Of a DNA stretch of 64,000 nucleotides, positions 21,136 through 32,456 are shown in pieces. The position numbers were made by a program, and so were the translations under genes. The notes below the pieces were generated by a model. The model saw nothing but the letters and a program-made list of their open reading frames with translations, made no database searches and was not told where the DNA came from. Where the stretch lies: the NCBI GenBank assembly GCA_965250115.1, contig CBDFNJ010000001.1, forward strand, positions 747,334-811,333, given 5' to 3'. Each line of letters begins with the position of its first letter. Positions within the stretch are counted from its first letter, which is position 1. Source of the stretch: Candidatus Marinacidobacterales bacterium. GTDB taxonomy: Bacteria > Acidobacteriota > Vicinamibacteria > Marinacidobacterales > SMYC01.

Positions 21136-23348
21136 CGCCGACCGACGAGACCCTCAAAGCCCACAACCTGACGGGCGACGAGTATCGAGCTATCGTCGCG
21201 AAGCTCGGGCGCGAGCCGAATCCAACCGAGCTCGGGTTGTTCTCAGTCATGTGGTCGGAGCACTGCAGTTACAAGAGCTCACGGGTCCATCTGAAGCGGC
21301 TTCCGACGAAAGGTCCGCGCGTAATCCAGGGACCAGGGGAGAACGCCGGCGTCGTCGACATCGGTCACGGCCTCGCGGCCGTGTTCAAAGTCGAGTCTCA
21401 CAACCATCCGTCTTTCATCGAGCCGTTTCAGGGCGCCGCGACCGGCGTCGGAGGGATCATTCGTGACGTGTTCACGATGGGCGCTCGGCCCCTCGCCTTG
21501 ATGAACTCCCTTCGTTTCGGCCCGCTCGACATCGCGAGGAATCGCTCGATCTTGACCGGCGCGGTGGCCGGTATCGCGAGCTACGGCAACGCCATGGGCA
21601 TTCCCACGGTCGGCGGCGAGGTCGTCTTCGAAGATTGCTACAGCCTGAACCCTCTGGTAAACGCTTTCTGTCTCGGCATCGCGCCCAAGGATCGCATTTT
21701 CCTGGCCAAGGCCGAGGGCGATGGCAACCCCGTCTTTTACGTCGGAGCGAAGACGGGGAAGGACGGGATCCACGGCGCGACGATGGCCTCGGCGGAGTTC
21801 GACGAGGCGGCCGCGGAGAAACGGCCGACGGTTCAGGTCGGCGATCCCTTTCTCGAAAAGCTCCTTCTCGAAGCTTGCCTCGAGCTCATGGCCACGGACG
21901 CCTTGGTTGCGATTCAGGATATGGGGGCCGCGGGGCTGACCTGCTCAAGTGCCGAGATGGGAGCGCGCGGCGGGTTGGGCATCGAGATCGATCTCGACAA
22001 GGTTCCGCAGCGCGAAGCGGAGATGTCGCCCTACGAGATCCTCCTCTCCGAATCACAGGAGCGCATGTTGCTCGTGGCCCGCGCTGGAAAAGAGCATGTC
22101 GTCGAGGCGATCTTCGACAAGTGGGATCTGGACGCCGCCGCGATCGGCCGGGTGACGACGGACGGCTTGCTGCGCGTCCTCGCGGACGGACGAAGCGTGG
22201 CGCAAGTTCCGAACCGTCATCTCGCGGAGGAAGGCCCCGTTTACGAACGCCCGATGGCGCGACCCGCCCACCTCGAACGTTGTGAGCCGCTGCGGGTCGA
22301 AAGTCTGCCGGAGCCAATCGATATCGAGGCGACACTCCTGCGCTTGCTCGGGAGCCACGCCCTCGCGAGCAAGCACTGGATATTCGAGCAATACGATCAC
22401 ATGGTGCGCAGCAATACCATCGTGCTTCCGGGCTCGGACGCCGGGGTCATCCGCATCAAGGGAACACCCTTGGCGCTCGCGATGTGTCTCGATGGTAACG
22501 GCCGATACGGCCATCTCGACCCCTATCTCGGCGCGGCCACGGCCGTCTCCGAAGGATGCCGCAATCTCGCCGCGGCGGGTGCGATCCCGATCGGGGCGAC
22601 GAACTGCTTGAACTTCGGCAACCCCGAGAAACCGGAGATCATGTGGCAGTTCGCGCGAGCCATCGACGGGATACGCGACGCCTGCGAGCGTTTCAGCGTG
22701 CCCATCACCGGCGGCAATGTGAGTTTCTACAACGAGACGGAAGGGCAGGGTATCTTCCCGACGCCGGTCGTCGGCGTCGTTGGTCTCATCGAAGACAAGT
22801 CGAAACGACTCACGCATCACTTCAAGCAAGCGGGCGATTTGATCTATCTCCTGGGCGAGACCAGGGAGGAGCTCGGAGCGAGCGAGTACTTGAAGGTAGT
22901 TCACGGACGCATCGATGGTGCCCCGCCGGCACTAGACCTCGAGGCGGAAGTGGCGCTGCACGAGCTCGTACGAGAGGCGGCCGCGCGCGAGCTTCTCCGC
23001 TCGGCGCACGATCTCAGCGAGGGCGGGCTCGGAACGGCGGTCGCGGAGAGCCTTTTCGGTCCTCTCGGGGAAACGATGGGTGCAACCCTCGCACTCGAAA
23101 CGCCGCGACGGGCCGACGCCGTGCTATTCTCAGAGAGTCAAAGCCGTATGCTCGTGAGCGTCCCTCCCGGGTCGTCGCAACGTTTCTTAACCCTTGCCGA
23201 GGAGCGCGCGGTGCCGCTATCACGCATGGGTGTAACGGGCGGCTCGCGGCTCGAGATTCAAGTCAACGGCGTCAGCGCTATCGCGCACGAAGTGGAAGAG
23301 CTTCGGGACATTTGGTGGACCGCCATCGAGAGAGGGCTTCAAGCATGA
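21132..23348 (+). CDS. purL: FGAM synthase subunit PurL
   Basis: [39 protein letters not shown]. Confidence 0.97.
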   Translation: MTPTDETLKAHNLTGDEYRAIVAKLGREPNPTELGLFSVMWSEHCSYKSSRVHLKRLPTKGPRVIQGPGENAGVVDIGHGLAAVFKVESHNHPSFIEPFQGAATGVGGIIRDVFTMGARPLALMNSLRFGPLDIARNRSILTGAVAGIASYGNAMGIPTVGGEVVFEDCYSLNPLVNAFCLGIAPKDRIFLAKAEGDGNPVFYVGAKTGKDGIHGATMASAEFDEAAAEKRPTVQVGDPFLEKLLLEACLELMATDALVAIQDMGAAGLTCSSAEMGARGGLGIEIDLDKVPQREAEMSPYEILLSESQERMLLVARAGKEHVVEAIFDKWDLDAAAIGRVTTDGLLRVLADGRSVAQVPNRHLAEEGPVYERPMARPAHLERCEPLRVESLPEPIDIEATLLRLLGSHALASKHWIFEQYDHMVRSNTIVLPGSDAGVIRIKGTPLALAMCLDGNGRYGHLDPYLGAATAVSEGCRNLAAAGAIPIGATNCLNFGNPEKPEIMWQFARAIDGIRDACERFSVPITGGNVSFYNETEGQGIFPTPVVGVVGLIEDKSKRLTHHFKQAGDLIYLLGETREELGASEYLKVVHGRIDGAPPALDLEAEVALHELVREAAARELLRSAHDLSEGGLGTAVAESLFGPLGETMGATLALETPRRADAVLFSESQSRMLVSVPPGSSQRFLTLAEERAVPLSRMGVTGGSRLEIQVNGVSAIAHEVEELRDIWWTAIERGLQA

Positions 23349-24748
23349 GCGGATTCAAGGACGAATGCGGCGTTTTCGGCATCTTCGGACACCCCGACGC
23401 GGCGCGCGTCACCTATCTCGGCCTTTACGCTCTCCAGCACCGCGGCCAGGAGGCGGCCGGTATCGTCGTCTCGGGAGCTTCGGGCTTTCGTAGCAGGAAA
23501 AAGCAGGGCTACGTCGCGGACGTTTTCGACGAATCCTCCCTGGAATCGCTCAAGGGTCAGAATGCCATCGGCCATACCCGCTATTCGACATCCGGCGAGA
23601 ATAACGCCGCCAACATGCAACCGATCTATATCGAGTGCAAATTCGGAGAGATCGCCGTCTGCCACAATGGGAATCTGGTCAATGCTCACCTGCTCAGGCA
23701 TGACCTGGTCGAGCGCGGCTCGATTTTCCGCACGACGAGCGACACCGAGGTCATTCTCCATCTCTACGCGAAGTCGTCTCAGAAGGAGCGCGTCGACGCG
23801 GTTTTCGATTCCGTCCAGACCATCGAAGGCGCCTTCTCTCTGCTGTTCCTCACCGAGGACGCGCTCTTCGGCATTCGAGACCCGAGAGGATTTCGCCCGC
23901 TGATTCTGGGGAAACTCGACGAGAGCTACGTGCTCTGCTCCGAGACCTGCGCCCTGGATCTCATCGATGCCGAATACGTCCGGGAGATCGAGGCGGGCGA
24001 GATGGTGATCATCGACAAGAACGGGATTCGATCGCTCCGACCCCTCGCCGAGGCCAAACCCGCGCACTGCATTTTCGAGCACGTCTACTTCGCCCGACCG
24101 GACAGCTACGTCTTCGGCCGCGACGTCCACGCAACGCGACTCGACACGGGCCGGCGTCTCGCGAGGGAGGCCCCGGTCGATGCCGACGTCGTCGTGCCCG
24201 TTCCCGACTCGGGTGTGGTGGCGGCAACGGGCTTCTCGCAGGAATCCGGCCTGCCGATGGAGTTCGGTCTGATCCGAAACCACTACGTGGGACGTACGTT
24301 CATCGAGCCACGGCAATCGATTCGTCATTTCGGCGTCAAGGTGAAGCTCAATCCCGTGCGGTCGGTCATCGAAGGCCGGCGCGTCGTGTTGATCGACGAC
24401 TCCATCGTGCGGGGTACCACGAGCCGCAAGATCGTCGGCATGATCCGCCGAGCTGGTGCCAAGAAAGTCCACTTCCGCGTCGCGTCACCGCCCACCACCG
24501 GACCGTGCCACTACGGCATCGATACCCCCAAACGCGACGAGCTCATCGGCTCGACTCATTCGATCCCCGAGATCGCCGAGTTCATGGGCGCCGACAGCCT
24601 CGGCTACCTCTCACAAGAGGGATTGCTCCAGTCCGTCGTCGAGGATCGGCACCGGTACTGCTCCGCCTGTTTCTCGGGCAACTACCCCGTACCGCTACCG
24701 GAGAAGGGCCGCAAGCAGCTCAAGCTCTTCGAAAAAGTCCGAGATTAG
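23345..24748 (+). CDS. purF: Amidophosphoribosyltransferase
   Basis: MSGFKDE|CGVFG propeptide plus Cys1, [18 protein letters not shown]. Confidence 0.97.
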   Translation: MSGFKDECGVFGIFGHPDAARVTYLGLYALQHRGQEAAGIVVSGASGFRSRKKQGYVADVFDESSLESLKGQNAIGHTRYSTSGENNAANMQPIYIECKFGEIAVCHNGNLVNAHLLRHDLVERGSIFRTTSDTEVILHLYAKSSQKERVDAVFDSVQTIEGAFSLLFLTEDALFGIRDPRGFRPLILGKLDESYVLCSETCALDLIDAEYVREIEAGEMVIIDKNGIRSLRPLAEAKPAHCIFEHVYFARPDSYVFGRDVHATRLDTGRRLAREAPVDADVVVPVPDSGVVAATGFSQESGLPMEFGLIRNHYVGRTFIEPRQSIRHFGVKVKLNPVRSVIEGRRVVLIDDSIVRGTTSRKIVGMIRRAGAKKVHFRVASPPTTGPCHYGIDTPKRDELIGSTHSIPEIAEFMGADSLGYLSQEGLLQSVVEDRHRYCSACFSGNYPVPLPEKGRKQLKLFEKVRD

Positions 24749-24772
24749 GTCTGAGAAGGGAGCCGCTTGCGG

Positions 24773-25225
24773 CTAGGTTGCTTCGGTCGCGGGGTCTCGG
24801 ACGCGCTGCATGAAAACCCAGCGGTGGCCTTCCAGATCCTCGGCCTCGTAGGTGCGGTCGGCCCAGTAGTCTTCTCCGTAGTCGGTGGTCTTGGGCTCGC
24901 TCAAGATCCTTGCGCCGGCGGCCCTAGCCGTCGCGCAGTGCCCATCGGCGTCCTCGACGGCAACGCAGAGACCCTGGGTGCTGGCTCCGCCCACCGATCG
25001 TGGGCTCTTGCGATGCTCTTCCCGCGAGTGTCCACCCTCGCTCCCGACCATGATGAGACCGTCTTCATAGACGAGCTCTGAGTGCTCGATGCGGCCACCC
25101 TCGCCCTCGATCCTCAGACGCACGGTAAACCCGAAGGCCCGGCAGAGCCAGTCGATTGCTTTTGCGGGATCTTCGTAGAACAGTGCGCTCGAGATGCGCG
25201 GCCAACCTTTGGGAGATTCTTTCAT
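24773..25225 (-). CDS. VOC/glyoxalase family protein
   Basis: AIDWLCRAFGF, HSEL, DLEGHRWVF. Confidence 0.85.
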   Translation of the reverse strand: MKESPKGWPRISSALFYEDPAKAIDWLCRAFGFTVRLRIEGEGGRIEHSELVYEDGLIMVGSEGGHSREEHRKSPRSVGGASTQGLCVAVEDADGHCATARAAGARILSEPKTTDYGEDYWADRTYEAEDLEGHRWVFMQRVRDPATEAT

Positions 25226-25292
25226 GCTCGACTCCTGTGATTGACGATCTGGCTAATCATGTATGAAGCCCTAGACTAATGTGAACTCTAGA

Positions 25293-27741
25293 CTATTGCT
25301 CGGCGCGCAGGGTCGTCGCCGGATTCGAACGCGCGGCCCGACGCGCCGGGATATAGCTCGCCACGAAAGCGACGGTTGCGAGAAGGGCGACGACCATCGT
25401 CAGCGTGAGAGGGTCTCTCGGGCTCACCTCGAACAAGAGACTCGCGATGAAGCGTCCGAAGAAGAGAGACGCGGTGACGCCCACGAGCAAGCCGATCGCG
25501 GTCACTCGCATTCCGTCCCGAAGAATCATCTTCTTGATGTCACCTGGACTGGCTCCGATCGCCGAGCGGATGCCGATCTCTCGAAACCGCTGCCTCACGG
25601 AATAGGCCATGACGCCGTAGAGACCGATCGCGGCGAGACAGGCGGCGATCCCGGCCAATACGGCCGCGAGCACGCTACCGAATCGCTCCGTCGCCAGCAC
25701 GCCGGCGGTGTGCGAGGCGAAGTTGATGACGTCTCCGGGCGGAAGCTCCGGATAGATCTCGGCAATCGCCCGACGCAGGTCTCGCGCGACCTGCTCCGTC
25801 GCTCCGCTCGCCCGCACCACCAAAGACAGATAGTTCGCCGAGGCCAACTCCTGGTCGTAGGGCAGGTACCAGACGGGCCGATCGATTCTGAAGTTGTAGC
25901 GGTTCTCCTTGACGTCGGCGACGAGGCCGACGACCGTCATCCACGGTGCGTCTTCGGAGGCGGCGCCTGCTTTGATGCGTTTGCCGAGCGGATCCTCACC
26001 CGGCCAGGCTCGCTCCGCAAGCGCCTCGCTGACGACGACCACCCGCTCCGCGCCTTCGCGGTCCCGCTCGTCGAGGGGACGTCCACGGAGGAGGGAAAGC
26101 TCTAGGGTCTCCAAATAGCCGGGGCTCACGAGCCGGTGCGCCGTCATCGGTTCCGAGGCGTCTCGAGCCGCCGGAGCCGCCCCTTCCACCGTGTAGCGTG
26201 CATCCCACGTGCCGTGACGCAAGGGGATACCGGTCGTGGCGGCGGCCGAGGCCACGCCCGGCACGCCGCGCGCCCTCTCGACGAGACGTTCGATGAAGGC
26301 GGCACGATCCCGATGTTCGGGAAAACGATCTCCCGGCAGCGTGAAATCGAAGCTCAAGACGCCCTCGGGTCTGAAGCCGAGCTCGAGACGCGACAGCCTG
26401 CCCAAGCTCTGGCTGAGTAGCGCGGCGCTCACCAGCAGTGTGATCGAGACCGCCACTTCGACAGCGACGAGCGAGGCCGAGAGGCTCCCGGAGCTCGAGG
26501 AGCCTCGACCTGGCGAGTCCGAGTGCGGTGTCTTCTGGAAGCTCGCGCGCATCACACGCACGGCGGGAGAGAGGGCGAAGATCAAGACGGTTCCGAGGCT
26601 CGCGCAGGCCGCGAAGAGGAAGACGCTCCCGTCCATGGGAATCGAGCCGGAAAAAACCCGTATAGGCTTCCTCGCGCAATGGGCTCAAGGCCATGAGCGC
26701 AGGAATCAAGGCGCGAGCGAAGACGAGGCCCGCGACGCCACCGAGTATCGCCACCAGAACACTCTCACCGAGTAGCTGGGCGAGGAGCTGTAAACGCCCC
26801 GCACCGATCGCGGACAAGAGCGAGAGCTCGCGCTCCTGCTCGAAGAAACGCGCGAGGTAGAGATGAGCGACGTTCACGCAGGCGGTAAGAAACATGAAGA
26901 GCACCGCCGCGGAGAGAGCGTAGACCATCGCACGGATACGCCCCTGAAAGTCGCCGAGAAGAAAACTGCGAAGCGGGATGAGGGCGATACTCCAACCCTC
27001 GTTCGTTTCGGGCGAGTCTTTTTCGAGATCCCGAGCGATCTGAACGAGATCCGCCTCGGCCGCGTCGAGCGTGACGCCAGGCAAGAGCCGTCCGATCATG
27101 GTGTTCGAGTGGCTCGCGCGGTCGTAACCGACGAGCTGGCCGAGGTCGAAGCGGCGTGGGAGCCAGACTTCCGTTCGTCGTGGAAGGTCGAAGGCTTCGG
27201 GAAGCACCCCGACGACGGTATGAAGATTCCCCGTCGAGGCGAGAATCCCCGCGTCGGCGGCGAATCGGCGCAGCCAGAGCCCGTGACCTACCAGAGCCGC
27301 GGCGGGGCCTCCGAGAGTGTCTTCCTCTCTCGTGAATCCCCTTCCGAGCACGGGCGAGACCCCGAGGGTCACGAGGTAGGAGCGCGCGATCTAGGCCGCC
27401 TCGACGCGCTCGGCGATATCCCCATCGAGGGGATCGAGGCCGAGCCCCTCCATCGTTCGAGCGAGACCGAGGCTCTCGAAGGACCGACTCCGATCGATAT
27501 AGGCCTGGATCTCGAGCGGTGAGACGCCATAGGGCTCCACACCATCGCGCATCGCCATGAAGAAGGCGACGTCGTCCACGTTCTCGACGGGTGTCGGCCG
27601 CAGGAGCAGCCCATTGACGACGGTGAAGATGGCCGTCGCGGCGCCGATGCCGAGAGCGAGACAGGCTACCGTCGTGATCGTGAAGAGGGGTCGCTTCCAG
27701 AGCTTCCGAAACGAGATCCGGAGAAGTTGGATGGGGCTCAT
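25293..27741 (-). pseudogene. ADOP/MacB-FtsX duplicated permease, split over three frames
   Basis: LALGIGAATAIF (27391-27741); LGVSPVLGRGF...ACVNVA (25996-27372); GLYGVMAYSVRQRFREIGIRSAIGA (25293-26636); two frameshifts, near 27390 and 26640. Confidence 0.85.
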
Positions 27742-27758
27742 GACGGAATGCCGGCGAG

Positions 27759-28421
27759 CTAGAACGGAGGCTCGTCCGCTTCCTCTCCCGCTTCCGGCAG
27801 CTCGCCGACGTCGCTCAAGACGGAGTCGATCTGCTCTTCCGTCAACCCCTCGCTATTGGCACGCAAATCCCTCGCGAAGCCGTCCGCCTCCGTGCCGCAG
27901 TCCGGCTTCTCGAGCTCGTCGGCAACGCAGCGCGGGTGCACGTGGATGGGCATCGTTCGATACTGGCTTCCGAACTCGAGCTCACGACCGAGCACCACGC
28001 GCAGGCTTCCTTTCTCCATCACTTCGCCGCAGAACTTGCACTTGGCGCGGCCCGAGGGATCGACCTCGACGTAGGGAATGCGCTTCCTCGCCTCCTTCTT
28101 CTCCTCGGCCTCCTCGTGCAGCTTGCGAAGCTCCTCGATCGAGGGGACCTCCTCGGGCGGGTCTTGCGCGAATTGCCAGGCCTCGATCCGGTAGGCTTCC
28201 TCGACGTCCTCGAGGCGCCGCTTCGCCGCACAGGTCAAGTGGTGCCATAAGTGTCCGAGACCGAAAGGTCCCTCGATGAGGACACCGAGGCGAAGCACAC
28301 CCTTGTCGATCTTCTTGCGGCACGATTTGCACTTCGCTTGAGCCGAGCGCGCCCCTTCGATGATATAGGCGGGCTTCTCCGGTTCGGGCTCGCCGGTTCC
28401 GGGTTTGATCTCGTCTGGCAT
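27759..28421 (-). CDS. Stand-alone protein with two PARP-type zinc fingers
   Basis: EGARSAQAKCKSC..I.KG.LRLG...WHHLTC and EVDPSGRAKCKFC...KG.LR...HPRC (C-x2-C...H-x2-C). Confidence 0.82.
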   Translation of the reverse strand: MPDEIKPGTGEPEPEKPAYIIEGARSAQAKCKSCRKKIDKGVLRLGVLIEGPFGLGHLWHHLTCAAKRRLEDVEEAYRIEAWQFAQDPPEEVPSIEELRKLHEEAEEKKEARKRIPYVEVDPSGRAKCKFCGEVMEKGSLRVVLGRELEFGSQYRTMPIHVHPRCVADELEKPDCGTEADGFARDLRANSEGLTEEQIDSVLSDVGELPEAGEEADEPPF

Positions 28422-28571
28422 CAGTGACTCCTGTTCGTGCGGCCTAGCATGGCCTATGCCATCCTAGGGACGCAACAAGGCGGCAAGACCCCAAAAAGCG
28501 CATCGAAGCCTTCACAGCGCAAAACCTTATACACAAAAGATTTAGCATGCAATCGCCGTGCGAGAACGGAG

Positions 28572-28600
28572 TTGAACTTCGCTTTCACGACCCGCATAAT
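28572..28600 (+). promoter_or_regulatory. Candidate sigma70 promoter for the kinase gene
   Basis: TTGAAC, 17 nt spacer, CATAAT. Confidence 0.45.
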
Positions 28601-28646
28601 GACAGTAGAATTACATTCCAATTCCGTTTCAGGGGGTCTCGACCGC

Positions 28647-31600
28647 GTGGATTGCCCATCCTGCGGCCAGTCAGGTGCCTCGGATCGCCTCGAGTGCGAT
28701 CAGGGCGGCGCCTTGCTGGTCGATGTCTTCGAAAGCGACGATAGCAAGACCGATCCGATCCAGGTGATCGGAGGGGAGGGTATTCCCGCTGAAGACCAAG
28801 AGTTTCTCCGCGCCGCGAACGAAGCCGGGCTAGGCGAGTCGTCTCCTCGCGAGTCCCTGAGCCGACTCCCGACCGCCATCGACTACACGGGCGACCTCCC
28901 GCGTTTGTTCCGCTTCGGGGACCGATATCAGATCCTGGAAAAGCTCGGCGAGGGTAGCATGGGTCGCGTCTATAAAGCGCTCGATCTCGAGCTCGACCGC
29001 CCCGTCGCGCTCAAGACCATTCGCGTCGAGAAGGGCGCGGGCCGTGACCTTCTCGAGCGATTCAAGCAGGAGCTGATTCTCGCTCGCAAAGTGACGCACA
29101 AGAACGTCATCCGCATCTACGACCTCGGCGAGGCCGAAGGGATGAAGTTCTTCACGATGGAGCTCGTCGTGGGCAAGAGTCTTCGCGATCTTCTCGAGGA
29201 AAGCGGAACGCTCTCGGTCGCCGAGACCCTCTCGTTCATGAAGCAGATGCTCCTGGGGCTCGCCGAGGCCCACAGCGAGGGCGTCGTTCATAGAGATCTG
29301 AAGCCGCAGAACGTGATGGTAGACGGTGGTGGGGTCCTCCGCATCATGGACTTCGGCATTGCGCGGACCGCGGACTCCGCGACCATCACGGGCACGAGCG
29401 AGATGATGGGAACGCCCGACTATATCTCTCCCGAGCAAGTCAAGGGCGAGAAGGCGGACGCGAAATCCGACCTCTATTCGTTCGGTATCATCCTCTACGA
29501 GCTTCTCACGGGAGAGACCCCCTTCAGCGGCGAGACCGCCGTCTCTAAGATCGTTGCCCGTCTGCAGACCACACCGAAGCCTCCGCGCTCTTTGAACGCC
29601 GAGATACCCGGCTACCTCGAGCGCATCATTGTGAAGTGTCTCGAAGTCGATCCCGAGCTTCGCTACGCGAGCGCCGAAGAGGTTCTGAAGGATGTGGAGC
29701 GAGAACAGGTGGACCGATCCCTTTGGCCGCGTGTGCGAAAAGCGATCTCCCGACGTAAGGGGTGGGTCTTCGCGACGGCGGCCGCCTTGGCGGCTGTCCT
29801 CGCTTGGACGCTCGTCCCGGATCCGCAACCCATCGACGTGACCACCATTGCCGTCCTCCCATTTCACAACCAGACCCAAGCCGCGGACCTCGAGTGGATG
29901 GAGAACGGCCTTGCCGATCTACTCATCACGGATCTCTCGCAGTCGCGGGCCCTTCGTCCCTTGATGGCCGACAGCATTCACAGCGTACTGCAGGTGCTCG
30001 GCAAGACGGACGAGACCCGCCTCGACGAGGAGACTCACGGGGTCGTCGCGAGTCGGACCGGAGCGGACTTCACGCTCTCCGGCAGATTCTTGCAGGCCAA
30101 CGAGAAGCTGCGCGTCGACTTGAGCCTGAGACGCTCGACCACCGGCGTCGATACGATCGTGAAAGTCGAAGGTCGTTCCTCCGAAGTCTTCACGCTCGTC
30201 GACGCGATCGCCGAGAAAGTCAGCGACGAGCTAGCGCCCAATGCCTGGCGCAGGAAGCGATCGTCTGAGAACATCCCTCTCGAGGCGGTACGAGCCTATC
30301 AACAGGGCTTGCTTGCTCTCCGCGATGGCGCCCACCAAAGCGCCGTTCCCAAGTTTCGAGAAGCGGTCGAGCACTATAGCGAGTACGCGATGGCGCATGC
30401 GAAGCTCGCCGAAGCCCTCTTTCACATGGGGGATCAAGCCTCGGCGTCGCAAGCCATCGAGAGGGCCCGCGAGCTCGAGACGGACAAGCAGCTTCCGACT
30501 CTCGAGACGTATCAACTCCACGCGATCGCCGCGCGAATCGAGGACGATCCCGAGGCCGCCGTCGAAACCTACCGGGAGCTCTCCGATCTCTATCCGGAAT
30601 CTCCCGACATCCTCTTCAATCTCGCGAGCTCTCTCGAGACGGCGGGTGAGATCGCCGAGGCGACGGATACCTACCAGCGCGTCGTGGCCAAGTCTCCGGA
30701 CTATGGCGGCGCCATCCTGGGCCTCGGACGGCCCCTGGTCGTCAGCCGAAAACCGGATCAAGCGATCGAGGTTCTCGAGGAAGCTCTCGAGGCGGGCTAT
30801 TTCCAGGGCGACGCGGAGTCCCTCGGAATGGCCTACTCCGTGCTCGGCGTCGCCCACCGGGCTCTGGGCAAATACGACGCGGCGCTCGTCGAGCTAAGAA
30901 AGTCTCTGGAGCACCGCCGAGGGGCGGACGACAAGCGCGGGATTGCGGCAACTCTGACGAACTTGGCCGGAGTCCACTTGGAGCTCGGTGAGCACGAAGC
31001 GGCGAGCTCCCTTTTGACGGAAAGCCTCGCCGTCGCACGGGAGGCTGAGAATTCCACCATGGAGTCCTTCGCTCTCGTGAACCTCGCGAACGTTAGACGG
31101 AATATAGGAGAGCTCGATTCGGCCCTCGAGTACTTTAGGTGGTCGCTCACGATCGAGTGGGAAAAAAAGGACCATAAGGAGCTCGCCGATCGCATGAATG
31201 AAGTTGGACTAACTTACTTCAGCCGCGGCCTGTACGCGGACGCGGAGACCTACCTGGAGCAGGCCAAGGTGCACCTCGCCGTGAGCGACATGCCCGATGA
31301 AAAAGCCGCGAACCTCCTGCTCCTGGGGAGCATCTACAGAATGAAGGGCGCCTACACGGAGTCGGTCCAGGCCCTCCTCGGTGCCGTGCCCCTGTTCTTG
31401 GACGCCGGACTGCCGGGAGGCGCCGCCGCTGCCAGGACGGAGCTTTCGGCGATCTACCTCGCCCAGGGCCGGCTTCGAGATGCGCTCAGCTCCGCGGATC
31501 GTGCGGTCACGGAATCGGAGCCGTCGGGAGACTTCGAAACGCACGCCCGTTCGCTGATCCAAAGGGCTCTCTGCCTGACCCGATTGGGACGCTCGGGCGA

Positions 31601-32219
31601 GGCCGAGGAGAGCCTGGGGCGAGCGGCGAGGGCTCTCGGAAAGAGAAAGCTCGTGGAGATCGAGCTGCTCCGCGATTTGGCGAGAGGTCGGCTATCGCAA
31701 GAGCTCGGAGACCATCGCAAGGCCATGCGACAGCTCGAGACGGTCGAAAACGACGCTCGACGATTCGGCCACTTGGCGCCCAAGCTCGAAGCATTGCTAC
31801 ACCTTGGCGATGCGCATCTCCGTGTCGGCGAGCCTCGGGAGGCGATTGAGCTGTTCCGAGAGGTTCAGGAAGAAGCCTCCAGCCGGCGACTCCGTCCCCT
31901 CATGGCAGAGGCATTTCTTGGAATGGCGGAAGCACAGTCGACGCTGGGCGAGGCTGTGTCCGCGCTCGAGCTCGTCGAGAGGGCCACGAGACTGGCCGAG
32001 TCCCTCGAGGCTCGCCCTTTACTCGTTCGAGCGCTTCGCCTCGAGGCCGCGATCGCGAAGAAGGCGGGCGCGTTCGAACGCGTGGCCGTTGCGGAGAGCA
32101 AGTGCCGGGAGCTCGAAAGTTGGCTGGCTCAGCACGACGCTCCCACCAACGCGTCCTCAGCGAGCGGACAAAAAAAAATAGCGGCCTCGAAGTCAGCCGC
32201 TATTGTAAGAAAGTGCTGA
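28647..32219 (+). CDS. Membrane Ser/Thr protein kinase: degenerate Zn-ribbon, Hanks kinase, TM helix, TolB-N/FlgO-like domain, long TPR array
   Basis: GTG at 28647 after AGGGGG; LGEGSMGRVY, VALK, HRDLKPQN, DFG, GTPDYISPE; TM WVFATAAALAAVLAWTLV; IAVLPFHNQ; many TPR-like helical repeats. Confidence 0.92.
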   Translation: MDCPSCGQSGASDRLECDQGGALLVDVFESDDSKTDPIQVIGGEGIPAEDQEFLRAANEAGLGESSPRESLSRLPTAIDYTGDLPRLFRFGDRYQILEKLGEGSMGRVYKALDLELDRPVALKTIRVEKGAGRDLLERFKQELILARKVTHKNVIRIYDLGEAEGMKFFTMELVVGKSLRDLLEESGTLSVAETLSFMKQMLLGLAEAHSEGVVHRDLKPQNVMVDGGGVLRIMDFGIARTADSATITGTSEMMGTPDYISPEQVKGEKADAKSDLYSFGIILYELLTGETPFSGETAVSKIVARLQTTPKPPRSLNAEIPGYLERIIVKCLEVDPELRYASAEEVLKDVEREQVDRSLWPRVRKAISRRKGWVFATAAALAAVLAWTLVPDPQPIDVTTIAVLPFHNQTQAADLEWMENGLADLLITDLSQSRALRPLMADSIHSVLQVLGKTDETRLDEETHGVVASRTGADFTLSGRFLQANEKLRVDLSLRRSTTGVDTIVKVEGRSSEVFTLVDAIAEKVSDELAPNAWRRKRSSENIPLEAVRAYQQGLLALRDGAHQSAVPKFREAVEHYSEYAMAHAKLAEALFHMGDQASASQAIERARELETDKQLPTLETYQLHAIAARIEDDPEAAVETYRELSDLYPESPDILFNLASSLETAGEIAEATDTYQRVVAKSPDYGGAILGLGRPLVVSRKPDQAIEVLEEALEAGYFQGDAESLGMAYSVLGVAHRALGKYDAALVELRKSLEHRRGADDKRGIAATLTNLAGVHLELGEHEAASSLLTESLAVAREAENSTMESFALVNLANVRRNIGELDSALEYFRWSLTIEWEKKDHKELADRMNEVGLTYFSRGLYADAETYLEQAKVHLAVSDMPDEKAANLLLLGSIYRMKGAYTESVQALLGAVPLFLDAGLPGGAAAARTELSAIYLAQGRLRDALSSADRAVTESEPSGDFETHARSLIQRALCLTRLGRSGEAEESLGRAARALGKRKLVEIELLRDLARGRLSQELGDHRKAMRQLETVENDARRFGHLAPKLEALLHLGDAHLRVGEPREAIELFREVQEEASSRRLRPLMAEAFLGMAEAQSTLGEAVSALELVERATRLAESLEARPLLVRALRLEAAIAKKAGAFERVAVAESKCRELESWLAQHDAPTNASSASGQKKIAASKSAAIVRKC
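32170..32204 (-). terminator. Rho-independent terminator for the small peptide gene
   Basis: 9-bp stem AATAGCGGC (32177-32185) / GCCGCTATT (32196-32204); A9 run at 32170-32178 gives the U-tract on the minus strand. Confidence 0.8.
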
Positions 32220-32228
32220 TGAGCAGCT

Positions 32229-32288
32229 CTAGAACTGCTTGCCGTGCTGGCCGGACCAGCCGGATCGAATCCGTGTCTTCACCTGCAT
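32229..32288 (-). CDS. 19-aa peptide MQVKTRIRSGWSGQHGKQF, putative C39-processed precursor (below the ORF-track cutoff)
   Basis: Hand translation; AGGAGG at 32302-32297, 8 nt before the ATG; own promoter and terminator. Confidence 0.78.
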   Translation of the reverse strand: MQVKTRIRSGWSGQHGKQF

Positions 32289-32343
32289 GGAAGCTTCCTC
32301 CTTCTGATGCTTACCCGCAGCGATACACCGATGAACGTGTCGC

Positions 32344-32372
32344 AGGATAAACGGCCCTTTTCGTGGTGTCAA
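32344..32372 (-). promoter_or_regulatory. sigma70-type promoter of the peptide gene
   Basis: TTGACA (32372-32367), 17 nt spacer, TATCCT (32349-32344). Confidence 0.72.
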
Positions 32373-32395
32373 CCCTACAGATCAGTGTAAAAAAG

Positions 32396-32456
32396 TAACA
32401 TGTTATGGGGACTTCCCCCCGACTCGTAAACCCTTGCTAGCGTAGGGGAAACCCCT
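32396..32456. promoter_or_regulatory. Palindromic candidate operator boxes
   Basis: TAACATGTTA 32396-32405, GGGGACTTCCCC 32407-32418, AGGGGAAACCCCT 32444-32456. Confidence 0.5.

Noticed and set aside
22556-23344. N-terminal extension of purF
   Set aside because: Alternative frame inside purL; the real start is 23345
28437-28646. N-terminal extension of the kinase in the ORF track
   Set aside because: Covers the promoter region; the RBS and Zn-ribbon support GTG 28647
32229-32288. Peptide as a modified RiPP (lanthipeptide, lasso or similar)
   Set aside because: No modifying enzyme nearby and no Cys; the only radical SAM gene in the window is rlmN
32407-32456. NF-kB-like appearance of the GGGGA..CCCC boxes
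   Set aside because: Eukaryotic motif with no relevance shown here; kept only as candidate bacterial operators
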